From NCBI GenBank assembly GCA_023246715.1, contig JAHFHZ010000002.1, forward strand, positions 1 to 62,786: DNA of 62,786 bases, read 5' to 3'. The DNA comes from Candidatus Magasanikiibacteriota bacterium. GTDB taxonomy: Bacteria; Patescibacteriota; Patescibacteriia; Magasanikbacterales; GWA2-37-8. Shown here one piece after another: positions 18,041 through 27,289 of this stretch. The notes under the pieces were generated by a model that was not told the DNA's origin, did not search any database, and saw only the letters and a list, made by a program, of their open reading frames with translations. Every line of letters begins with the position of its first letter. Within the stretch, counting starts at the first letter, position 1. The translations under genes and the position numbers were made by a program.

Positions 18041-19447
18041 TTAAAGCACATGTACTCTGCCCGTTTCAGCATCCAAGAGCACCCGGTCGCCGCTTTGCAA
18101 TACTTCGGTGGCAATTTTGGTTCCGATAATACAAGGTTTGCCCATTTCACGGCTAATAATGGCCGCATGGCAGGTCAGGCCGCCCTCGTCGGTAATAAAT
18201 CCGGCGGCGCGCTGCATCGCTGGCAAAAATTCGGGCCTGGTCATGGAGGCGACCAATATTTCACCGTTGGCCACAGTGGCAATATCGCTGACTGTTCGAC
18301 AGACCCGCACGACACCTTCTACCCGCCCCTTACTTGCGATAATACCTTTTAATTCCGACTGCGGAGCAATTACGGGTACTTGCAATGCTTGCACAATTTG
18401 CCAATAGGCGTCGCCCGCGAAAATGGTCGTTTCATTTGGCAGGGCATACCAGGCTGAACCGGCCAAACGCTCCTTGACGGACGCGTGGAAAGATTCGTCC
18501 GCAAGACGTTCTGGGGTCAATTCCTCTGGTAAACAATAGCGCAATTCCGGCAGACTCCACCCGGCTGCTCCAGCCAGGGGTTCGAGAACCGTGTCTAGCA
18601 GGGAAATTACTTGAAAAATATTTTTCTTACGCTCGTCTTGCCAACGGAACGACGTTTCGATAGTTTGAATAATAAAACGTTCTTCAGTGCCCAAGCGTAA
18701 CTTGGCCATCAATAGTTCTTTTACCTCGGGCGCGACCAAGGCATTCACAGGTTCAACCGTAATAGCTTCGGAGCGAGCCAAAATTTCGGCATCAGTAAAA
18801 TTTTTTGCTCCGGTGTAATTATTTTCGATCCAGTAGAATTGTTCTTTGAATTGATCAAGCAAGGATTGTTGTTCGGGACCGCCACTCCTTAAGCGAAAAA
18901 GTAATTGGAGCGCCCGAAAAATAAACGAAGGATAGAGCGGCGAACACAGGATGCTAAAATCCAGTTCATTGTAGACTTTCCGAGCTTGAAGCAATTCGCG
19001 TAAACGAATTTCGCTGACAAACGTAATTCCTTCCAGGGCATGGCCATAATTGGCAGCAAACGGCATAACTGCGGCCACCGCTCGCGCCGAACGCGCAAGG
19101 GAGCTGATTTTATTATCTGAAATAACCCCAAGCAGATCCTGGGCATTTTTAAATTTAGCATCAAACAAAGCCTGTGAGCCTTTTTCAAGCTCGAGCAATT
19201 TTTCAAGGTTATTCACTCTTTCATAATACGATTCGCCAATCTTTTGCCAGTCGGATTGATCGTAATACATTCGCGCATGGCCACCGCTGAACAGATAAAA
19301 AAAGTGCGTGTAATTAGCAAACACAGGCTCGTGCATCCAACCCGATAAACTAGCCGCGGGGTGCAGGTATAAAGGAGTCCCGTTGAACCCTTGGATGTTC
19401 CATTGATGTGATTTAATAATTTGTACTAGTTCTGATTGAGACAGCAT
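18041..19447 (-). CDS. Helical N-terminal domain + C-terminal phospho-His swivel domain (module C)
   Basis: FYWIENNY, QDERKK, LKGIIASKG, ASMTRP, GGLTCHAAIISREMGKPCIIGT. Confidence 0.9.
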   Translation of the reverse strand: MLSQSELVQIIKSHQWNIQGFNGTPLYLHPAASLSGWMHEPVFANYTHFFYLFSGGHARMYYDQSDWQKIGESYYERVNNLEKLLELEKGSQALFDAKFKNAQDLLGVISDNKISSLARSARAVAAVMPFAANYGHALEGITFVSEIRLRELLQARKVYNELDFSILCSPLYPSFIFRALQLLFRLRSGGPEQQSLLDQFKEQFYWIENNYTGAKNFTDAEILARSEAITVEPVNALVAPEVKELLMAKLRLGTEERFIIQTIETSFRWQDERKKNIFQVISLLDTVLEPLAGAAGWSLPELRYCLPEELTPERLADESFHASVKERLAGSAWYALPNETTIFAGDAYWQIVQALQVPVIAPQSELKGIIASKGRVEGVVRVCRTVSDIATVANGEILVASMTRPEFLPAMQRAAGFITDEGGLTCHAAIISREMGKPCIIGTKIATEVLQSGDRVLLDAETGRVHVL

Positions 19448-19480
19448 ACACGAGCAACAGCGTCTGATTGAAGGCATTTT

Positions 19481-21751
19481 TTAGGAGAGCTTTTCAACTG
19501 CTCCCTGAGTGATTACTTTTGGCGGCACGGCGGGGCGAGGAACGGAAGGCGGGGCTGTTGGGGTTGGCGCCAGAGCAGTCGGGACAGGAGCAATTGGTTC
19601 TACGGGCGCGGTGGGCGCGGTTACTAGCTGGGCAGTGAGTTCTGTTTTTGGAAAAATATTTAATGGCGGGGGCTTGGCCAAACCCCCTGAAGCGTTTTCG
19701 GGTCGCGGAGAAGTCGGAGAAATGGTTGGCGCGGTGGATGCTGCTGGCCGGGGGCCACTTGTTTGCGAGCTAACATTTCGATCGGCAACCGGTTTTTGTT
19801 GCTGGCGGGGTGGTTGACTTTGCGAGGAAGAATTTCCGCTACCCGAAGAGCGAGATTGGCCGCCGCGACCGCCGCCCTGGTTGCCACGACCATCACCACG
19901 ATTTGATTTATCCTTCTTTTGGCCAGGATTGTTTCCAATACCCGGATGCCTGGTAGGCTCGTTTTTCGGCAAAATACTAGAGAGTGAGATTCCCTTTTGT
20001 TCGGCATCCACCAATAGTACTTTTTCTCCGCCTGAGGGGGGTAAACCACCTGTCTTTTTGTTACGACGAGAGTCTGATGAGCCTTCGCGGCGAGACGAGC
20101 CTGAACTGGAAAATTGACCGCTGGAACTGCTTTGCGGGCGGGGTGGTTGACTGTTACCGGAACTTGTTTGCGCTTGGCGGGGCGGGGTTAGGCTCACCAA
20201 CCGAGGCGTGGGAGCCTCCACAACAGGGGCAGGGGTCGCCGGAGCGGCTGGGCGGGGCGCCGGGGTGGCAACAACGGACGGGGGGGCAGGCGGCGCGGGA
20301 GTTGTGGCAGATGGTGGCAGTGCACCCTGCGCGGCAGAGGCGGCATCTTCGGCGGCGGCAGTATTAACGACGCCAGACAATTCAGCGGTTTCTTCATCAA
20401 GGGCATCAAGCGCGTCTTCGGCCGAGAGTATCATACCACTCCAACGAGCAATTTTATCTTCGATTTTATCGCGGCTGACCGCGTAGCGCTCGCGCGATAC
20501 TTTAATTACGCGCTCCAAGCTGCCGGTGGCACTGCCGATTGGGGGCATGGTGAGGGCGCTGAACGGGCGCGAGGCCACGCCGTCGATCATTAATTTTAAA
20601 TAGGTATGAAACTTTGGCAGGTTGACCAAATCTTCTTCCACGAACGTGGGCGCAAATTCTTTGGCCAGGATTTCGGCATCGGTGGAACCAACCCGGAACA
20701 CCACCATGGTGCCGACGTTACCGATTACGGCGGCCAGTACTTTTTCGTCGAGCTGTTCCATGTACTGATGGGCCATAATCAAATCCAGGCGATATTTGCG
20801 CGCTTCAGAAAGGATGCCGGCAAAACTTTCGGTGGCAAAGTTCTGGAATTCATCGACATACAGAAAAAAATCATTACGGAGCGGCTCGGGCGTGTCGACG
20901 CGTTCCATTGCCGAGAGCTGAATTTTGGTAATTAACATGCCCCCCAGTAGGCGGGAATTATCTTCACCGATACGGCCTTTTGATAAATTGATAATAAAAA
21001 TTTTCTTGGTGTCCATTATTTCACGAATGTTGATGCGTGATTTTACCTGGGCGACAATGTTACGGATAATTGAAGCCGACAAGAATTGCCCGATTTTATT
21101 TTGGATCGGGGCCACGGCTTCCTGGCGAAACTTGTCGCTATAGCTGGCGAATTCCGTTTGCCAGAAAGCTTTCACTACCGGGTCTTTAAGGTTGGCGACC
21201 ACGCGTTTGCGATACTCAGCGTCGGCTAAAAGACGGTTAATACCAAGCAAAGTGGTACCGGGAAAATCAAGCAAGGCCAGAATGGTGTTGTTGAGAATGT
21301 ATTCCATACGGGCGCTCCAGACATCGGGCCAGATTTTTTTGAACACGCCCATGAGGCCAGAAGCCACCAAATGCCGGTATTCAGGGTTGATGGATTCCAG
21401 GATATTAAACCCGATCGGATAATCAATGTCGCAGGGATTGAAATAAACTACATCGTTGATGCGGTTCGGCGGGATAAAGTCCAGAATTTTTTCGGCAAAG
21501 TCACCGTGCGGATCGACCAAGCCGATACCATGCCCGCCATATACATCGTTAAGCACCATGTTTTCAAGGACGGTGGTTTTACCCATGCCGGTTTTGCCGA
21601 CCACGTACATATGGCGACGGCGGTCATCGAGTTTAATGCCAAAACGCCGGTTATGATTCCGGTAATTGGTGAGCCCGAAAAAGTTGATCGGATTACTGTT
21701 CGGCGCGGGCGTGGGAATGGGTTGTGGGGCACTGGAGAGAGAATCGATCAT
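19481..21751 (-). CDS. VirD4/TraD/HerA-like P-loop ATPase with long low-complexity C-terminal tail
   Basis: RRRHMYVVGKTGMGKT (Walker A), DPHGD, YVDEFQ (Walker B), SEARKY..L..AHQ; C-terminal ~300 aa rich in P/S/G/Q/A. Confidence 0.88.
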   Translation of the reverse strand: MIDSLSSAPQPIPTPAPNSNPINFFGLTNYRNHNRRFGIKLDDRRRHMYVVGKTGMGKTTVLENMVLNDVYGGHGIGLVDPHGDFAEKILDFIPPNRINDVVYFNPCDIDYPIGFNILESINPEYRHLVASGLMGVFKKIWPDVWSARMEYILNNTILALLDFPGTTLLGINRLLADAEYRKRVVANLKDPVVKAFWQTEFASYSDKFRQEAVAPIQNKIGQFLSASIIRNIVAQVKSRINIREIMDTKKIFIINLSKGRIGEDNSRLLGGMLITKIQLSAMERVDTPEPLRNDFFLYVDEFQNFATESFAGILSEARKYRLDLIMAHQYMEQLDEKVLAAVIGNVGTMVVFRVGSTDAEILAKEFAPTFVEEDLVNLPKFHTYLKLMIDGVASRPFSALTMPPIGSATGSLERVIKVSRERYAVSRDKIEDKIARWSGMILSAEDALDALDEETAELSGVVNTAAAEDAASAAQGALPPSATTPAPPAPPSVVATPAPRPAAPATPAPVVEAPTPRLVSLTPPRQAQTSSGNSQPPRPQSSSSGQFSSSGSSRREGSSDSRRNKKTGGLPPSGGEKVLLVDAEQKGISLSSILPKNEPTRHPGIGNNPGQKKDKSNRGDGRGNQGGGRGGQSRSSGSGNSSSQSQPPRQQQKPVADRNVSSQTSGPRPAASTAPTISPTSPRPENASGGLAKPPPLNIFPKTELTAQLVTAPTAPVEPIAPVPTALAPTPTAPPSVPRPAVPPKVITQGAVEKLS

Positions 21752-21786
21752 GACTGTAGTATAGCCTTAAAGCAGCTTTAATTCAA

Positions 21787-22494
21787 TTAGATATTCAGGT
21801 ATTCCTGCCAATACTTAAAGAGCTCCCCCGTGGAGCGCAGATCGCCAACATTGTAGCGCGCTATATCAACGAATTTTTTCTCTTTAAACAAAGCACCAAC
21901 ATCATCGCCGGTGATGCCGCCGGCCTTGGGACTGGTAATGCCAAACGCGCGGCAAGCCAGGTGTAGGCTGGAGCGCTTAAACATGGCCCCGTAAAATGAC
22001 AGCTGATCGCACAGATCAATATGGCGGCAGCCACGTTGTAGCCCGAGGTATCGATTAGAAAGCAAATTTTTGCTGGGCCGGATTTTATGAATAGCCGAAC
22101 GGATCATTAAATACGGCGCGTCAAAGCCGCGGCCATTGAAGGTGACAAAATCATCGTAATTTTTGGCGCCCTGCCAGAACTGTTCAAGCATTTCTTTTTC
22201 CGTGCGCTGTTTAAAAACCATGCCCTCTTCCTCGAAATCTTCGTTTGCCTCACCCGGAGCCTGGTAGTAAATCACTCCTTTATTTTTTTCGGCATCCAGC
22301 ACACCAATTACCACAATTTCTCCAGTGAGCGGCGAAAAACCAAGACCGTTTTTGATGTCATCGAGCGCTGCTTCATATTCACCTTCGGTTTTGGAAGTTT
22401 TTTCGATCCAGCGGGTGAGCATGTGCTGGGTAGTTTCATCAAGCGCGGCATAATCCTCACCGACTGTTTCCAGGTCAAAAATCAAGGTGGACAT
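21787..22494 (-). CDS. RNase H-like DEDD 3'-5' exonuclease (PolB-exo-like)
   Basis: FDLET, TFNGRGFDAP, HIDL, YNVGD. Confidence 0.85.
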   Translation of the reverse strand: MSTLIFDLETVGEDYAALDETTQHMLTRWIEKTSKTEGEYEAALDDIKNGLGFSPLTGEIVVIGVLDAEKNKGVIYYQAPGEANEDFEEEGMVFKQRTEKEMLEQFWQGAKNYDDFVTFNGRGFDAPYLMIRSAIHKIRPSKNLLSNRYLGLQRGCRHIDLCDQLSFYGAMFKRSSLHLACRAFGITSPKAGGITGDDVGALFKEKKFVDIARYNVGDLRSTGELFKYWQEYLNI

Positions 22495-22510
22495 AGTACA
22501 AATAAATATG

Positions 22511-23047
22511 TTACTCACTTTTGGCCAAGCGCTCACGCACTAGGGCCCAGGCGGACAGGGTCGTGGCGCTGGTCACTTCGCCATTGATAATCATCCGCGA
22601 AAATTCATCAACCCGGCGATAGAATATCTCCACTTCTTCGGTCTCGTCTAAACGCTGCGAGCCGACGGGTTCAACCCCCTTGGCGATAAAAACATGAATT
22701 ACATTTTTAAAACTTGGCGAATTGAATTGCCCCACTTTAATTATTTCAATGGCGTCACAACCAGTTTCTTCGGCTAATTCGCGTTCAGCGGTTTGCAAAA
22801 TGCTTTCGCCAGGCTGGTTGTGGCCCGCGGGGAATTCGATTTTCCAGGCATCCCAAATGTAGCGGTATTGGCGAATCAGCAATAAGCGGCCATCAGTGAG
22901 AATAGGAACAACGACGGCCACGGCAGGCTTGTTCCCATAATAATGCTCGCCGGTGGTACCGTTGGCCCGTTCGTAGACATCGTGACAATATTCCCACCAC
23001 GGGTTCGTATGAATAACTTCGGAAGAAATTATTTTTACTTGCGGCAT
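22511..23047 (-). CDS. NUDIX hydrolase (ADP-ribose pyrophosphatase-like)
   Basis: QYRY, FPAG..QPGE....TAERELAEETG Nudix box. Confidence 0.9.
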   Translation of the reverse strand: MPQVKIISSEVIHTNPWWEYCHDVYERANGTTGEHYYGNKPAVAVVVPILTDGRLLLIRQYRYIWDAWKIEFPAGHNQPGESILQTAERELAEETGCDAIEIIKVGQFNSPSFKNVIHVFIAKGVEPVGSQRLDETEEVEIFYRRVDEFSRMIINGEVTSATTLSAWALVRERLAKSE

Positions 23048-23053
23048 AGAGAA

Positions 23054-23458
23054 TTATTTTTTAAACAGTTCAGCCAGCTCGGCAACGCTCGCTCCGCCAG
23101 GATTTTTGATAATCGAATGGATCGATCCCCCGCCGTCGCCCTCGTAGCGCGGTAGTATATGCCAATGCACATGGGGAACGGCTTGCCCGGCGACCGGCCC
23201 ATTGTTAACGCAAATATTCATACCATCTGGATTCAGCCGCGCCTGAACGCGTCCGGCGGCACCGCGCAAACCGGCGCTTAAGAGTTGGAAGGACTCAACA
23301 TTCATATCCCACAAATTGGTAAAATGCTGTTTAGGGATCACGACGGTATGCCCCTTGGCGCAGGGGAAAATATCCAAAAAAGCCAGCACAAATTGATCTT
23401 CGTACACGGTGTGATTGGGAATTTGACCAGCAACAATTTTACAAAAAAGACAATCCAT
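23054..23458 (-). CDS. HIT family protein (Hint-like)
   Basis: CLFCKI, AFLDIFP, GHTVVIPK, GQAVPHVHWH. Confidence 0.95.
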   Translation of the reverse strand: MDCLFCKIVAGQIPNHTVYEDQFVLAFLDIFPCAKGHTVVIPKQHFTNLWDMNVESFQLLSAGLRGAAGRVQARLNPDGMNICVNNGPVAGQAVPHVHWHILPRYEGDGGGSIHSIIKNPGGASVAELAELFKK

Positions 23459-23475
23459 AGATATTTATTTGGAGT

Positions 23476-25272
23476 TTATTTAGTATACTGCCAAACCCCC
23501 ACATCGCCAAACCGAGCGACAAAAAACTTTTTGGTTTTGGCGCTATGGAATGGAGCAACAACATAACACTGTTCAGCGCCAGACAAACTAAGCGCCTCTT
23601 GCCAGGCAGCTTGATTGCCTGGATTACGCACCAAATCAGCGTACAGGCGGGCTTGTTCAGGTTGCGCAAAGTATTGGCTGATCGGCAACCCTCCGCCGAT
23701 AATCTGTCGCGCAGAAGCAGCTTCCAGCGCCAGGAGCGGGTAGGTATCGGCCACCACACACGGCGCGTGGTCCTTTTTTTGAATCAAGCCCCACACATAT
23801 TGGACACCCAAATATTGATCAGCGCTGAGCGTGCCGGTATCGGGGCCGAGCGAATACGAAGCAGCGGTTGCCGCTGAAACGAAGATGGCTGCCGCAATGC
23901 CGCTAACGCGACGCCAACGCGCGATACTCACTGATTCCTGCCAGGCAAAAAAACCGATACTACAAAGCGTAATCCAGAGTAGCGCCAAAACTGGATCAAG
24001 TCGCCGCGTGAGTACCTGTTCACCGATTAGCAGGTAACGACTCAGGCAATAACCAAGACTCACCGCAACTGTACAAGCAGCCAGCCATTGTTGCAAAATG
24101 CTGCGGCTGCGCCACAGTCGGGCCAGGCCAAGCGCTAGGCAGGCAAAAAAAGCCAGCATAAACAAAACTAACCACCAACGAGACCAGGTGAAAGCATTGG
24201 CTACGAAAGCGGACAACGGTGTTTGATTGAAAATAATATTACCCGTAGCAATATCGTGCGCTCGCGGGCCAGCGGCAAGGTACGCGGCAGTCAAGTTGCC
24301 AACGAGCTGTTTGACCTGCCCTAACACATTCACCCCTGGGTTAAACCCGGCAAACCCCGCGACTAGTTCAAGCAGGGGCAGCACCAGAGCCGAACTGAGC
24401 GCCACCGCTGCCAGCGCCAGGTGACGGCTTCGAGCGCGCCAATCGGCCCGGGCTAGAGCGGAAATTAAAAAAAATATCACCAGCTGTAACGCAAACAAAA
24501 CAGCGTAAAGCGTATAGCCGAACAAAATAATAGCCCCCACAACCAATAAAGGAATTAAATTACCACGAGCGCGTTTTTCGGTGTAACGTGCCAAGAGCAC
24601 GGTTCCCCCCAGCCACGGCAAAAAACCAAGCGTGGAGGGCAGGGTCAGGGAACCGCTGGCGGTGAGCGCGAAAGGCAAAAAACTAAACCAAACCACTAGC
24701 AGCGCTTTTTTTGTTTCGAGTCCGAGCGCGCGGGCAAACGAATATAAAAGAAGTGGAAAGCTAACTGACCACAACACTGGTACCAGCCAGATGGTAACCA
24801 CGAGCAAGCTAAAGCCAAAAAATTTGGCAACACCGATGGTCAGCCACCAGAGAGACGCATAACTTAACGCGCCCAGATCAAGCCGTTGAATAAATGACTG
24901 CGTTGCCTGATCGGAAATGACTGCGGGGGCAAGGGGCAGACCGCTCAAAAGCCTTTGTTCACTACCAATATGCCGCCAGCCATCGGCCCCATAAAGCAAG
25001 CTGTGCGAAAGCGGTAAATAGGAATGAAAGACAAGACTATGAAGCACGATTGCCGCTAAGATAAGCCCAGTAGGGGCACGGGAAAAAATAATCCCCGCCA
25101 ATAGCAGCGTATTGAAACAAAAAATATATAGAAAAGGCGCAGGAATTATTTGCCACGGCGTGGTTGCCGAGGAATCACCGCCGTTTACAGCCAAAACACC
25201 CACAGCGATAGCCGAGCCAACTATAAATAGGCCGAAAAGCCCTAATTCTCTTTTGGAAAGACGTATATTCAT
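23476..25272 (-). CDS. Polytopic membrane protein, possibly GT-C fold
   Basis: More than 10 hydrophobic segments; GADGWRH loop after the first helices; soluble C-terminal domain. Confidence 0.55.
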   Translation of the reverse strand: MNIRLSKRELGLFGLFIVGSAIAVGVLAVNGGDSSATTPWQIIPAPFLYIFCFNTLLLAGIIFSRAPTGLILAAIVLHSLVFHSYLPLSHSLLYGADGWRHIGSEQRLLSGLPLAPAVISDQATQSFIQRLDLGALSYASLWWLTIGVAKFFGFSLLVVTIWLVPVLWSVSFPLLLYSFARALGLETKKALLVVWFSFLPFALTASGSLTLPSTLGFLPWLGGTVLLARYTEKRARGNLIPLLVVGAIILFGYTLYAVLFALQLVIFFLISALARADWRARSRHLALAAVALSSALVLPLLELVAGFAGFNPGVNVLGQVKQLVGNLTAAYLAAGPRAHDIATGNIIFNQTPLSAFVANAFTWSRWWLVLFMLAFFACLALGLARLWRSRSILQQWLAACTVAVSLGYCLSRYLLIGEQVLTRRLDPVLALLWITLCSIGFFAWQESVSIARWRRVSGIAAAIFVSAATAASYSLGPDTGTLSADQYLGVQYVWGLIQKKDHAPCVVADTYPLLALEAASARQIIGGGLPISQYFAQPEQARLYADLVRNPGNQAAWQEALSLSGAEQCYVVAPFHSAKTKKFFVARFGDVGVWQYTK

Positions 25273-25334
25273 ACAGGTAGGAAAAGTATAACATCGCGCC
25301 GTCAAAATTGAAACGCGGAGCCGGTTTTATCCCC

Positions 25335-25363
25335 TTGCTGTCCCCTGCCGCTTTAGGTACTAT
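25335..25363 (+). promoter_or_regulatory. Putative sigma70 promoter of dnaB
   Basis: TTGCTG-17 bp-TACTAT, 11 nt before ATG 25375. Confidence 0.5.
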
Positions 25364-25374
25364 ACGTGAGCTTT

Positions 25375-26838
25375 ATGACCACGAGCAGTATTGAAAAAAT
25401 CCCCCCTCAGAGCCTGGAAGCAGAAATGTCTTTTTTAGGTTCAGTTTTGATTGATAAAGACGCCATGTTGAAAGTGGCTGATTTGGTGGGGCCAGAGGAT
25501 TTTTATAAAGATAGTCACGGCAAAATTTTTGAAACCATTCTGGAATTATACGGCCGCAATGAACCGGTTGATTTACTCACGCTCAGCAATCGGCTCAACG
25601 AAAAAGGTTGGTTGGAATCCGTCGGCGGGCGCACGTACCTCGCCGGTCTTACCAACACCGTACCAACCGCATCAAACATTGTGCACTACGCCACGATCGT
25701 GCACCGCAAAGCCACCCGGCGGCGATTATTATCGGCTTCGCACGAGATTAGCCGACTATCATACGCCGAAGAGATGGAAGATATCGAAAAACTACTCGAC
25801 GAGGCGCAGCGTAATTTATTTGGCGTCTCGCAAATTTACTTTAAACAGGCTTTCACGCCGATTCACGTGGTTTTGAATGAAGCCTTTGAACGTATCGATG
25901 AATTACACAAAAATCGAGGACAAATGCGAGGGGTGCCCACGGGTTTTAACCAACTGGATAATCTGTTGGCAGGATTACAAAAATCAGACCTGGTTATTAT
26001 CGCGGCCCGGCCGAGCGTGGGCAAGACTTCATTTGTCCTCGATATTATCCGCCACGTTGCCACGCGCCAAAAAGTGCCGGTTGGTATGTTTTCTTTGGAA
26101 ATGAGCAAGGAACAACTGGTCGACCGCATGCTTTGTTCGGAAGCGAATATTGATTTATGGCGAATGCGCACCGGGCGGTTATCGGACCGCCCCGAAGACG
26201 ACGACTTCCCCCGGCTCGGGCACGCGATTGGCGTGCTGTCGGAAGCGCCGATTTTTATCGATGACACGGCCAACGTAAACATTATGCAGATTCGTACTAA
26301 AGCGCGCCGATTGCAGGCTGAGCATGGCCTGGGGCTGATTGTGATTGACTACTTGCAGCTTATGGAATCGCGTGGCACTAGTGAAAACCGGGTTCAAGAA
26401 GTGGCCGAAATTACCCGTGGCTTGAAAAGCATTGCCCGTGAACTGAATATTCCGGTGGTGGCCTTATCGCAGTTGTCGCGCGTGGTGGAACAAAGCAAAC
26501 CGGCTATCCCCAAATTATCTCATCTGCGTGAATCTGGTTCTATCGAACAGGATGCTGATGTGGTGATGTTTATTTACCGCAAAGCAGCCGACCGCAACTA
26601 CCGCATGGAAGATATCCCACCCGATGAACGAAACGTAGCTGAAATCCATATTGCCAAACATAGGAACGGCCCCACCGGGGTGGTGAAAACAGCCTTTGTA
26701 GAAACGATGGCCTCATTTAGAAATCTGGAAACTCACTACCAAGGCGGTAGTAACGCAGCCAGCGCACCGGGCGGAGCGCCAACGCTGAAGCCAAAATCGG
26801 CGTTTGTGAAACAAAATAATAATTCTCCAGAATATTAA
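25375..26838 (+). CDS. dnaB: Replicative DNA helicase
   Basis: PPQSLEAE, AARPSVGKT, FSLEMS, IDYLQL, LSQLSR, LRESGSIEQDAD, KHRNGPTG. Confidence 0.98.
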   Translation: MTTSSIEKIPPQSLEAEMSFLGSVLIDKDAMLKVADLVGPEDFYKDSHGKIFETILELYGRNEPVDLLTLSNRLNEKGWLESVGGRTYLAGLTNTVPTASNIVHYATIVHRKATRRRLLSASHEISRLSYAEEMEDIEKLLDEAQRNLFGVSQIYFKQAFTPIHVVLNEAFERIDELHKNRGQMRGVPTGFNQLDNLLAGLQKSDLVIIAARPSVGKTSFVLDIIRHVATRQKVPVGMFSLEMSKEQLVDRMLCSEANIDLWRMRTGRLSDRPEDDDFPRLGHAIGVLSEAPIFIDDTANVNIMQIRTKARRLQAEHGLGLIVIDYLQLMESRGTSENRVQEVAEITRGLKSIARELNIPVVALSQLSRVVEQSKPAIPKLSHLRESGSIEQDADVVMFIYRKAADRNYRMEDIPPDERNVAEIHIAKHRNGPTGVVKTAFVETMASFRNLETHYQGGSNAASAPGGAPTLKPKSAFVKQNNNSPEY

Positions 26839-26855
26839 TAAACTCATTGCAAAAT

Positions 26856-26925
26856 TGTCATTCCCGCGAAAGCGGGAATCCAATCGTAGCGTATAGTGTG
26901 TTTTCCCGCTTTCGCGGGAATGACA
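26856..26925. repeat. Palindromic element with inverted ATTCCC-N8-GGGAAT-type (dRS3-like) arms, copy 1
   Basis: TGTCATTCCCGCGAAAGCGGGAA ... TTCCCGCTTTCGCGGGAATGACA (23-bp perfect arms). Confidence 0.9.
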
Positions 26926-26972
26926 CGAATTGATTTTGACCTGACCTGAATTTACTTACTTAACTTTTTTAT

Positions 26973-27281
26973 ATGTCAATGATCGGCAAACTCAAGCAAT
27001 TTAAAGATTTGCGCGAACAGGGTAAAAAAATTCAAAACGCTCTCTCGGGCGAAAGTGTTTCAGTGCGGGCGGCTGGTGATAAAATTTTATTAACGATGGA
27101 CGGCAGCCTGGCGTTGACCGGAGTGGCGATTGACGACGAATTATTATCGCCAGACAAAAAAGAAAAGCTGCAAGAAGGCTTAAAAGAGGCCCACAAAGAA
27201 GCGCTTAAAAAAATGCAGCGCATTATGGCAACCAAAATGCAGGAAATGGGTGGGCTGAACTTGCCAGGAATGACTTCTTAA
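26973..27281 (+). CDS. YbaB/EbfC nucleoid-associated protein
   Basis: Size, Q..L...V......G.....V.IDD pattern, adjacent to recR. Confidence 0.85.
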   Translation: MSMIGKLKQFKDLREQGKKIQNALSGESVSVRAAGDKILLTMDGSLALTGVAIDDELLSPDKKEKLQEGLKEAHKEALKKMQRIMATKMQEMGGLNLPGMTS

Positions 27282-27289
27282 AACGAACT

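Noticed and set aside
19500..20400. GC-rich repetitive stretch as a foreign insert or tandem repeat
   Set aside because: Explained by the in-frame Pro/Ala/Ser/Gly-rich tail; no discrete repeat unit.
19481..21751. Conjugative element or ICE
   Set aside because: No relaxase, VirB4, integrase or att sites seen; the flanks are housekeeping genes.
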